DNA of 64,000 nucleotides from Puccinia triticina (taxonomy: Eukaryota). Each line of letters starts with the position of its first letter. The first letter of the stretch is position 1. The notes beneath the pieces are model-generated. The model was not told where the DNA came from. It did not search any database and was given only the letters and a program-made list of their open reading frames with translations. The translations under genes and the position numbers were made by a program. The DNA lies in NCBI GenBank assembly GCA_026914245.1, contig CP110439.1:1550001-1614000 (forward strand), in the 5' to 3' direction. This document shows positions 53,363 through 64,000 of this stretch, one piece after another.

Positions 53363-53839
53363 GTTTCCGGCTTGATCGGGCTGGCTGAGTTGTGGAGCAA
53401 GGGAAGCTGGTTGTCAGAAGGAGCAGTCTATGGTTGGGTGGTGGTGAGGGTGCGAGGGCGGAGGGCAAATGACGACCACGCTTTGTGAATATCAAATCGG
53501 CACCCCCATACCCCAGTATCCCATAGCGAAAAACAAATCAACAAAACAAAAACAACAGCTTTCATTACAATTCTCCGTTTTTATCACCCCAAGGAAAAAG
53601 CGCAGAGCAGCAAGTCAAGAAAGTGACAAAGCTTGCTTGCAGCTTGCTTCCCTGGGTTGAGTCTGTCCCTGATCCTAAAACAAATGTTATCATCCCAATT
53701 AGCCCGTCTTTAGGAGTGGTGTGGTGTTTTGGAAGCGAGCTTATGTAATCTGACGCACATCACCCTCCGCTTGGGCACCCAAACCACCACCACCACCACC
53801 ACCACCACCCACCAAGTGCAAAAAACAAGACAGACGACG

Positions 53840-55002
53840 ATGCTAAGCAGCAGACTACTCGGCGCGAGCCTCTTCCGGGCAGCAGCAGCACCCCGCAAGC
53901 CCATCCTCCGCTCCCTCTCGACCCTCCTGTTCATCGAGCACCGCCAGGGCAAGATCAACCCCGCCACCCTCAGCGCTCTCCATGCCGCCCAGCAGCTCGA
54001 CAAGAGCCAGATCACCGGGCTGATCACCGGCTCGTCTAAGGCCCCCGGCTTCGACCAGGCCGTCGAGCTCTCCAAAAAGTCTGCTCTACCTCCTCCTTAT
54101 CTCTCTACTTCTTCATCCCGACTGATGTTCTGTTGTATTTAGGTTGCCGATCAAGAAGCTGTTGGTCAAGGACGACGAGAGTCTGACACGATACGTTGCC
54201 GAGCCCCTTGCGCCTCTGATCGCGAGCGTCGTTCGGGAGAAGGGGATGAGCCATCTCGTGGGCGGGTCGAGCTCGGTGACGAAGAGCGTGTTCCCGCGGG
54301 TGGCCGGGCAACTCGATGTGGCGCAGGTGTCGGAGGTGATGAAGGTGGTGGATGAGAGGACGTTTGTGCGGCCGATCTATGCGGGGAATGCGATGGTGAC
54401 GGTCTGCTCGGAGGCCCCGGTGCAGGTGCTGACGATCCGGACGGCGAGTTTCGAGGCGTTGAAGCTGGACGAGGAGAGCGCTTCGGTCGAGGTGGAGATG
54501 CTCGAGGGCCCGATAGAGACTACTACTACTACCCAGTGGGAAGGGGAGGTGTTGGCGAAGTCGGCTCGGCCGGAGCTCGGCTCGGCCAAGCGGATCGTCT
54601 CCGGCGGCCGCGGGGTGAAGAACAAGGAGAACTTCGAGCAGGTGTTGACGCCGCTGGCGGACAAGCTCGGCTCGGCGATCGGCGCCTCCCGGGCGGCCGT
54701 CGACAGCGGCTTCGCAGACAACTCGCTCCAGGTCGGCCAGACCGGCAAGGTGGTCTCGCCCGAGCTCTACATCGCCGTCGGCATCTCCGGCGCGATCCAG
54801 CACCTGGCGGGCATGAAGGACTCCAAGACGATCGTGGCGATCAACAAGGACCCCGAGGCGCCGATCTTCCAGGTCGCGGATGTGGGCTTGGTGGCCGACT
54901 TGTTTGAGGCGGTGCCGTTGAGTGTCTTTATCTCTTCGATATTCCATATCTGCTCTGGTCTGATGGTGTTCTTTGGACAGTGAACTGACGAAGAAGATCT
55001 GA
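53840..55002 (+). CDS. ETFA: Electron transfer flavoprotein subunit alpha, mitochondrial (two introns)
   Basis: [57 protein letters not shown] and an Arg-rich presequence. Confidence 0.95.
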
Positions 55003-55715
55003 TACGAGCGTTTATTCTGGACGATCTTGGGGATGTGTATTTGTAGTACTTCCGTCATCCATTTTTTGTTTGTTCGTACCTTCCTCAGCGCGATGATGAG
55101 CTACTTTGCAGTTATATCTTGTGTTTTGCAGAATTGATGGTTTTTCCTCAAATCTTCTGGTTTTGGTATGTACTTAACTTTAAACCTCAGACCAAACCTT
55201 AGGCCAACCTTGCAGTTGAGCTTTTTTTAGCACATGTTGACGGAAGAGCCAAACTATTGTCTTTTGCAGAACTGTTGGATTTTTCACAATTTTTCTGGTA
55301 TTGCTATGCCATTAACTCTAATTTAAATTTTATGTGTATGTTTTCAACTTTGAACAGCCTTATTTATGCATGCATGAATTTCAACTGTATAGGCCTTTTT
55401 TTTAAAAAAAAAAGTGCAGATTAGATATAACATTGCGCACTATGCATATTCATCTAGAGGAACAAAAGTTCTGTGGGGTACAATGTAAAATAGAAGGGAG
55501 GAGAGGTAACAAAATTTATGTAATGGGGACATATGCAGGATAGGTTTTGAGAGGGAAGAATAGAAGAGAAGCGGAAAGGGAGAGAAGAAAGGGGGGAAAA
55601 AAAGGGTTGAGGCAAATAAAAAGAACAAAAGATCCAGGTGGGGGTGTGACTCAGATAGAGCTGGGGGTCATTGGTGGTTTCCTTCGGTGTCCTCTCCCCT
55701 TTGGAATTGAGGGAG

Positions 55716-56110
55716 TCAAGCCAAGATCTGAATGAACCTCTTGGTTGCCTTGAATGCCCTGGGATTGTGGAGGAGTGTCCTGGCCGTGATCTCAGTGATT
55801 CTCTCATTGTGCAGAATCCTTCTAGCTGTTGCCCTAGCCCCATCAAACCTAAAGCAAGAAACAAGATAATGTTCAACTGATTCCCTAACTCCACACACCA
55901 AGCAAATTGGGTATGGAGCCTTCTTGATCTTGAATTGAAAAGCATTCAACAGGACATGACCTGATCGGAGTTGGTGGAATGCAGATTGCACATCAAAGGC
56001 CGCTCGCGGCAACCCCTTCCACAATTTTTCTTTTCTGATCAAGGCCATTTTCATTGCAGTCACACTTCCCTTGATTGACTTGTCAAGGAGGGACGGCTTC
56101 CGGGCCTCTG
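55716..56110 (-). mobile_element. 5'-truncated non-LTR retrotransposon (LINE) ORF2 C-terminal remnant
   Basis: QLRSGHVLLN...CLVCGVRESVEHYLVSC CCHC motif followed by a pyrimidine-rich 3' UTR. Confidence 0.75.
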
Positions 56111-57176
56111 CCTGTGAAGGCCATAATTTAGGGTGTTCAAAGTTGACTTGCATAAAATCATAAAATCTAAGCTGAAAAAAACATGTACCACCCAAACACT
56201 ACTCAAATTAGAGCACCATTTCTAAAATGGGACATATAAAATCATCATTTGAAAATTTTATGATTTTATGAGTTTATGTATTGAAAATTTCATGATTTCA
56301 ACTTTGAACACCTTAATTGCACAAGATTTTTTTACATAAAATCATAAGCTGCAATTTTGGCTGGGAGATGTCGCTTTAAGTTTCATGCAACCATCAAAAC
56401 TAAAAAAATTGAGAAATCATCCAACAATTGCTATATTTCCAATACTTATCAAGCCTGTCTGGACATAGGTCAACACTGTACATAGCCCTGACAAATGATA
56501 TTACACTGCTGTCATGTTCATTGTTAAGTCTAATTGGAATACAACAACTTTTGTGCACTTTGGCTGTCACGCTTTGACCTTTGAAACTTGTTTTCTTGCA
56601 TACTTGTGTTGAATACTTGGTCAAGTCCTTGTGGTTTTGTACGTGCACCAGAGTCACTCCTGGGCAAACCTTGAACTTTTGAGCTACAACTTGGCAAGTC
56701 AAATTCTCAGTGTCAATGAGACAGTGGGTCAGATGTTGGACATTTTGCACTTCTGTCTTGCACAACATAGGGCTATAAGTTCTCTGTACAAGAGAATAGC
56801 AACTGGCATCCATCAAATCATTAAGAGTCAAAGTGAAGTCCGCCCTGATCTCCCAGTGTAAAATTACATGTTTCGCCGCTACACAGCAAGCTGTACCACA
56901 TCTTTTTCTGGTCATACTCTTCCTGTGCCCATAGTCTGGAACAAAAACTAACTGCCTAGGGTTGAGAGGGCAGAACATGCAAGTTTTCATGTGCCTTGCA
57001 GGTTCATCTGCAGATTGGGCCTGGTATGTGATAGATATCATACATCTAAATAATTGGTACCTGCTAGGGGGTACTCCACACTTCTTGGCAGGTACTGCTC
57101 ACACCCGCCATGCACCTGCTGTAGAAAGAAAGGTTGGGTACGGTGTAAAAGTGACCAATTCCGCCTGCTTCAAGAA

Positions 57177-57369
57177 TAGGGGGTTTCAAACATGGTGCAG
57201 GTCCTGTTTCAGGAACCCCCAATTCACAAAATCAGGGCACCTGCAACACACCCACCCAATTTTGCTCAAAAAACATACAGAAATAATTTGAAGATTCATT
57301 TTTCAGGAACTTTGTTTTCCTGAATTGGGGTTCCTGAACTGGGACCTGCACCATGTTTGAAACCCCCTA
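57177..57369. mobile_element. ~190-bp MITE
   Basis: TAGGGGGTTTCAAACATGGTGCAGGTCC inverted at both ends. Confidence 0.75.
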
Positions 57370-57630
57370 ATGATAATCCGGGCTAGAGTGATTATCAATG
57401 TCTCTGCTCCGCACTGCTATGTTCTGCTAGCCTTCAGCGCTCCACAATGAGCCTGATCTATAGCATACTAATCTCCAAGTGATGAAGATCTGCACTCCAC
57501 AAGCACAAAGTCTGCAGTAGCAATGAAGCAAGTAAGCTGATAAGGGTCACATAAAATTCTTCTAATACTCTAGTATGCTATAAGTGTAAGTGAAATGATG
57601 AGTATTAAGATAGATGATGAAAGGAAAAGG

Positions 57631-58635
57631 CACCAGGGAAGCTTTGGGGGCACTCCCCAGGGAGTGCCACAGCTGAATTTGGGGTTAGTTTTTGACTGAA
57701 CTGGGGCAGAAGTCATTACAATGTGATGGTGAATTTTTCAATTACTGGGCAAGAACTATAGACCAATCTAATTTGGAGTGATATGTAACCGTTGGACGTG
57801 AACTATCATTCAACTCTGTTGAATTCATCTTGAAGTCAAGTTCATGTCAATCCTAACTTTAGTTCTAAATTTTAAAATCAGGTAGCTCTTGCTTACCCAA
57901 TTTTTTTTACATTGGGGTGAACTGCCTTCACCAAATATAGATCACACCTGAAACGCAACTGCCTAGATTTGGATAAAGAAAATATCAGAAGTGCAAAACA
58001 TTTTAGTATTTGCACAAGAGCAGTAGAAATGTATTTTGGCTGGGTACACAAGGGTGACACAGTTCATAAATCACTCAGCTGCAAATGCCCCTCTGTTCTA
58101 AAAAATGTGTGATTGGTGTGTGATTTGTCTCCCTATTGTACGCGCATACAATAGGGTGACGAATCATATTCCATCAGGGCAGTTACACTAATTTTTCTTA
58201 AATTTTACCCTCATTTACTCGGCAGAAGTCCCCCTCTGGTATGAAAAGTTTGTGATTTGTCACCCTATTGTACGCGCGCACAATAGGGTGACAAATAACA
58301 AACCAATCACATTCTGTTGAGGCCACAGCAATGGGTACAGGATGATGAAATGGTTCAAACACTATTCAGATTGACTTCACCCTTGGGTACAAACAATGTG
58401 TGAGTGGTTCTTTACACTTTAGTTAAACTTTGGTTACAGACAATTTTTGCTCTGTGGTCCAGTCTAGTTACTACTGATTTACAGAAGAGTTCCAGCTGAG
58501 TTATGGATACATCATATATACATGTATATCATTTCATGTTTGATTACACATATGATGTAGTAGACATTGCGCTGAGTTATGAAAAAAATCAAGGTAAGGC
58601 ACTCCCTGGGGAGTGCCCCCCAAGCATCCCTGGTG
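57631..58635. repeat. Degenerate TIR element
   Basis: ~38-bp inverted repeat (GGGGGCACTCCCCAGGGAGTGCC) and two internal CCCTATTGT..ACAATAGGG palindromes. Confidence 0.5.
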
Positions 58636-59789
58636 AGGGGAAGAGAAACCTTCAACCCTCCACCCCCTTCTCTCCCTCCATGCTTTTCTATCTCTGTTCC
58701 CACCCAATCCTACAATAGTCTGCCATCTCTGCCCAATGTTTGCGTGCCACATTCCCATGATTGGCTCCTCTCCAACGCTTGACCTCCCACATCCTCTGTC
58801 TAGCCCCTGTCAGTCTCCTCCGCCCACCTCTCACGCACACCATCTGCCAAGCCCCGCTCCAACAACCACGCACATAATCCGCCCATTCCGCTCTCACATG
58901 GATCTTCTGTCAACATTGCCGCACATCATTGCCCACCATTGGACTCCTTTTGCCTTAGCTTCCTTGCCCCTGTCCAGCCTTCAATGCCAGGATCCCACAC
59001 GCCGCCTCCGTCCCAGCTACGCCCGCTGACGTAGCACACTTTGGCTGCCACAGCTTCCCCCAGTCACAGCCTATACTATCCAGTCTGCGCCAACCTGCTT
59101 AATTCAAGTCCAGCTCCGCCGCCGCGGCGCCACTGAGCTCCACCGCCGCCGCGCCATGGACATACCCCGGGCTCCACCTCGTGGACGCTTTCCACACTGT
59201 GCCACTCCGTGCCAGCCTTGCGGACTCCGCAGCCCGCAACCTCTGCAAACCCGTGCAGACAGTTTGGGTTCCCGACCCGGTTTTAGCATTACAGCAGCCC
59301 CTCCTACAGGGAGGGACTTGTGTGTAATGTGAAAATTTTGGCTGGGAAAGAAATCACTATTGGCTGCAGGGAAGATATCAAGCCTCAACCAGCCTCCCCC
59401 CCCCAGGTCCTGTTGACCTGCCCCAGAGCCAAAAGATCCTTCTGGACCTCAGCTTTCATTTGGCACTGGTCTCATCTCCTCAATCCAAACCATTTGCACT
59501 GTACTAATGTTTTTTTTTTTTGAAAAAAAAAAAACATAAGAAATGTAAACTAAGGATGTGCAACCATCATGCCTGGTGGATCCTGGAGCGGCAAACCTGC
59601 AGATATTTGGCGATCCTACACATGTGGTGTTGCATTTTGTTGCAGATAGGAGATTCAATTGTGCATCTTATCAGAAAATTCAAAAATGGATCTTCAGAGC
59701 AATGTGATATCCTTCAGGATTCCTTTGACCTTCAAAGTGGATGGATTCCTTCAATCAGTTTTGGAGTTTTTTGCTCAAAGCTTTGGGTG

Positions 59790-60340
59790 AGGGTGCACAT
59801 CAGCACTGCCAATGAATCTGTCTATTCTGTTTCTTGTTTTGCACATACAGCCATTCTGAAAAAGCTTGGCTTCTTTGGAGGGAATTTCCAGTGGAAATTC
59901 TTATTAATTGGAATTTCCAACTTGGGTGTATCCGACAACAAGGTTGGACAGATGTATATCAATCCCTGCGAGTGCAGTTGCTTGCAGGATGCTACTGGCC
60001 AAGCTGTTTGGTAGTGAAAAAAAAATGATGGCCATGACTGGCCCCCTGACACCTGGGTGCGTCCATTGGAATGGCTGTCCTGGGTGACAATTGGACATGG
60101 ATTCCAATTCTGGAATCAAAAAAAGGGGGGGGGGGGGGGAATGAGTAGAATTCAGTGATTGAGCTCACCTGCTTGTGTCATGATATAGGCATGCTGCATA
60201 TACCAATGTGGCAGGCAGAGATATCCAACTGTCCAAGCTTGATACTTCTTTGCATACATTAAAAGGTTGGAAAATCCCGGGAAATTCCTTCCAAAGGAAC
60301 CAAGCTTTTGTTGGAATGGCTAGCGTATGTTGCAAATAAT
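59790..60340. repeat. Degenerate foldback element
   Basis: 59844-59890 is an imperfect inverse of 60281-60330. Confidence 0.5.
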
Positions 60341-60630
60341 TATTTGTTGAGTGAGGGTATTGCAAGCTGTCATCGGGGTTTATCAGCCATTTTTCAGTCT
60401 GGATGATCAGAATGGATTCGGAGGGATTCATGAAGACCTGGCAGGCTTTTGTCTGGCCTACGTCAGCGCAAAGTTAAGATGGCTCTCGCTCGAGTCAGAT
60501 TCTGGCTCTGGGCAGCAGCGCTCGGACTCCAGTTTCAATGTGTGTGGGCCTATTTTCAACTTTAGGCTGGTAGTACTCTCACCCACCCCCACCCTACTCC
60601 CGATCCATCCATCCATCCAACCACGCCAAG

Positions 60631-63248
60631 ATGGCCCCGCGAACAGGCTCGCTGCCATACTCCTCCCCCAGGACCACCCCCCCCTCACGCTCCCTCATCA
60701 CCGTCCTCCCCCCAGCATCCCTGCCCCACAACCCGCCCCATGCACGCTCAGCCACCCGCTGCTCAGGATACGGCAGCCCAGCCGCATTCAGGTCAGCAGC
60801 ACCACCAAACCAAACCAAAACAAAACAAAACAAAACAAAACACAAACTAACCATACCCCAACAGCCGCGGCATCCTCATCCCACTCTACCCCACCCTCGC
60901 CGCACAGATGGCCGCCATCGCACGCGAGTACGCACTGCCCTCGACCGGCGGAATGATGCTCTACATGGTCGACGCATCCCCACACGCAGGCGACCTGGCA
61001 CGCCACATGGTCAGCACAACCACAAAACATAAAAACACAAAAACACTAATCATAAAACATAATCAAACTACAGATCGGCGGACCCAAAATCAGCGAGGCC
61101 GCATGGCAGATCCTCTGGGCAGCCATCTTCGACGAGGAGGAGGGCGCAGAGGCATTCGAGCGCGAGCTGCTCGAGCGCGACCAGCTCTACGCCGAGCCCA
61201 TCCTCAGCCCCCACCACCAGGAAGAGCTGCTCGACGAGGAGACCCTCAACAGCAGCCTCGAGGACCTCGCCAGGCACTTCCCCGCCCCGCCCCTCTCCCT
61301 CCGGCCCTCCCCCACCCGGGAAGACCCGCCCAGGCGCACCTCAAACACCCAGAAGGACTTCAAACTCGGTCAGTCCTACTCACTGAACCACACACACACA
61401 CTCAGCCCGCTGCTGACTTTTTTTTTTTTTACTTCCACAGCCGACCATCTGCTCCACCACTCCCGCTCCCACTCCTCATTCAAAACCAGCGCCCCACCCA
61501 CCAGGCCGTCCCACCCCGCCGACCCGCCCTCCCGGCCCTCCTCGGCGCACTCAGCCACCCGCCCGGGCTTCCGAGCCAGCCGGCGCATCGCCATCCCCCC
61601 CGCCCGCCCACCCGCACCCGGCTCCGACCGCGCCAGCTGCTGCTCCGCCGCCTCCTCCTCCTTCCGCAGACCGCCCCCCTGCATCGGCGCGGGCATGATC
61701 GTCGGCAAGATCGAGTTCGACATCGACTGCTCCAGGAGCACCGGCCGCTGGTACGAGCAGTGGCTCAACCCGTCCAGCAGACCAATCCGCAGCTACGACC
61801 ACCCCCTAAACCACCAAAACCACAACAACAACAGCAACAACAACCACAGCAACAACCTCAACAACAGCAATAACAACCTCAACAACAGCCACAACAGCAA
61901 CAACCCCCCGCACACCGCTCCTCTCTCGACTGAGCTCTCCAGACCGCTCCTGCTGCCCAACCTGATCACCCAACGCAGCCAGTCCGCCGCCTCGTCCGAC
62001 AAGCAACCCTCCCCCACCCAGCACCACTTCGCCCGCCAATCGCCGCCGCCGGCCGAGCGTGCCGCGCCCAAGTCGATCTATGACAACACCCACAGCTTCC
62101 TCGCCTTCGACGACCCGGCCCTGCCCACCGACGGCTCCCCGCGCCCCACGCCCTCCCGCCAAAAACTGCCGCCGCCCACCGCGCTCCTCCCGCCGGGCGA
62201 CCCTCCAGGACGGGCGTTCTATGGCCGCGCAGAAGACAAGGACCAGGGCCCGCCAGGCGGCGCTTCCCCAGCCGCTGCCGGCCGCAGGATCGTCAGCGAC
62301 AGACACCGCCAGGCTCTCTCGCTCATCGAGGCGCAGGCCAAGCACCAGGCGCTGGTCGAGCAGATCGACGCCCAGCTGTCGTCGCCCATCAAGCTCGACC
62401 CGCACGCCTTCGGGCCCACAGCCACCACCACGCTCCCGGGCCTGTCCCTGGAAGTCCTGGCTCGGCCGGAGCCTTCGGGGGCCCGATACACGCGCGCAGC
62501 GCCCGAGGACGGCTGCTGCTCGACGGCCAGCTCGCCCGAGAGCGACCCGGCCAACCTAACCCACTCCTCGAGCACCACCGGCTCCTCCGCCACCGACTCC
62601 TCCCTCGACCACCCCACCGCCCTCTTGCTCCCCGGGCTCTGGAGCAACAAGCGCAGCTCGTCCGTCGCCATCGAGGCCAACCTCAAGCAGCTCGAACAGG
62701 CCCTCGTCTCCCTCTCCCCGCGCGCCCTGCGCCCCGGCTTCCACGCCCTGCCCTCGCCCTTCCCCGCCGTAGCGGCTGCTGCGCCCGCCGCCACCCCGTC
62801 GCCCGACGAGCTGTCCCAGAGCGCACCGGCCAGTGCCGCCTCCGCCGACCTTCCGCGCCCAGGGGTCGCCGCCTTCTTCGACAGCCTCCAGGAGTCCTTC
62901 AACCCCCGCGTCCCGCCCCCGCCCTCGCCCCCGACGGAGACGCCGGTGGGCCTGACGGCCGGGTACGCCCGCGACGACCGTCGCGAGGCCCGCGCGCCCT
63001 CCTCGCCCCTCCCCTGCTCGCCCATCTCCACCCCGCCCGTCATCGGCCGCGCTAACTCGACCACTAAGCTCCTGCCCCCCCGCTCCTCCTCCTTCTTCCG
63101 CAAACACCATCCCTCGCCCTCCGCCTCCGCAGCCGTCCCCGCCCCCGCGTCGTCCACCCCCGACGGCTTCGTCTCCAAGGCTGCATCCATCGTCGGCAAG
63201 CTGCGCGCCGGCGCAACGCCGCGTCGCCGGCCCATCCACGACAACTGA
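60631..63248 (+). CDS. GC-rich Pro/Ser-rich hypothetical protein, multi-exon
   Basis: 517-aa last exon with C-ending codon bias; GT..AG introns at ~60792, ~61010 and ~61369; blocks YALPSTGGMMLY and IVGKIEFDID. Confidence 0.7.
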
Positions 63249-64000
63249 CCTGCCGTATAGCCCCTTCCTCTCTTTCTTGCGACGTATATAGATGGCTTGC
63301 TCTTCTTGCATCCCCTGTTGTATTGCTCTTATCGTTATCCTTCTTGCACTTCTGGTTCAGGCGTCTCGTCTTTATCTTTATCGCCTCTCTCTCTTTGTGT
63401 GTGTGTTTGTGTTGTTGATGAAGCAAGTAAGTTATATCCCGCGCCCATGACCAGGGCGGGCCGCCGGGCGAGGATCCAGCCGATGCGAATCCGCGGCCGA
63501 CCGGCGGTCTGCGGTGCACCCGGTAGAGAAAGTTGTGTTAACAGCAGCATGTTGGCTCAGAGTGGTGCCAATATTGGATGGCGTGGGAGGCGATCTCTCC
63601 AGGATTTTGGCGCACTTTGACAGGAAAGATAAATATGTATCTTCGAGATTTGCGAACTTAGTCAGTCCTCTCTTCTGAGTTGGCACGCCCCTCGCGCGAA
63701 GCGCGAGCCTCCGAAGGAGGGACTTGGGAGTAAGCCGGGAAATTAGGCGTGAGCGCTGAGGACCACCTCCACCCATTTGGCTGGTGTCAAACTTCAACAC
63801 CACACTAAATTTGCCTCCTGCGGGCCAATCAGGCCGCCCTGGTGCCAGATTGAAGGCCTGCATCTCGCCTTCAATCCTACATAGATCACATGTCATTAAC
63901 TCAAACGGTCTTGAAGTTACAAAGCTTGTAACATCATCTTACCAAGATTCTTGGATTGTCCGTACATTTACCAACACCTCACCACCCTTTACACACACAC

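Noticed and set aside
54105..55058. Long antisense ORFs over ETF alpha and over 61800-63300
   Set aside because: Shadow ORFs caused by high GC codon bias.
56400..57041. 213-aa Cys-rich ORF
   Set aside because: No recognisable motif; it lies among decayed repeats.

Overview
Eukaryotic fungal DNA, most like a rust fungus (Puccinia-type; inferred from the intron-rich genes and transposon families). Bases 1-39,000 are a nest of transposons. An AT-rich Ty3/gypsy element (A, minus strand) is inserted into the RT of a second gypsy element (B, plus strand). Next comes a ~24.8-kb CACTA/EnSpm-like DNA transposon (11096-35901). It contains a near-complete gypsy element C (same family as B, itself carrying a solo LTR), a disrupted transposase, captured Vps35 fragments and several MITEs. 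A deleted derivative of the same DNA transposon follows. Bases 40,000-64,000 are mostly host genes: a group-5-like septin, an Ent3-like epsin, ETF alpha and hypothetical proteins, plus a LINE remnant and MITEs. The most unusual signals are in the B/C retrotransposon family. Element C has four mutually homologous intron-like cassettes (GTAAGT...polypyrimidine-AG; B shows one in this window), a primer-binding site extended to ~50 nt of mature intronless tRNA-Tyr, a candidate -1 frameshift signal after gag-protease, and a 1.6-kb flanking duplication instead of a 5-bp TSD. All alignments and coordinates were read by eye.
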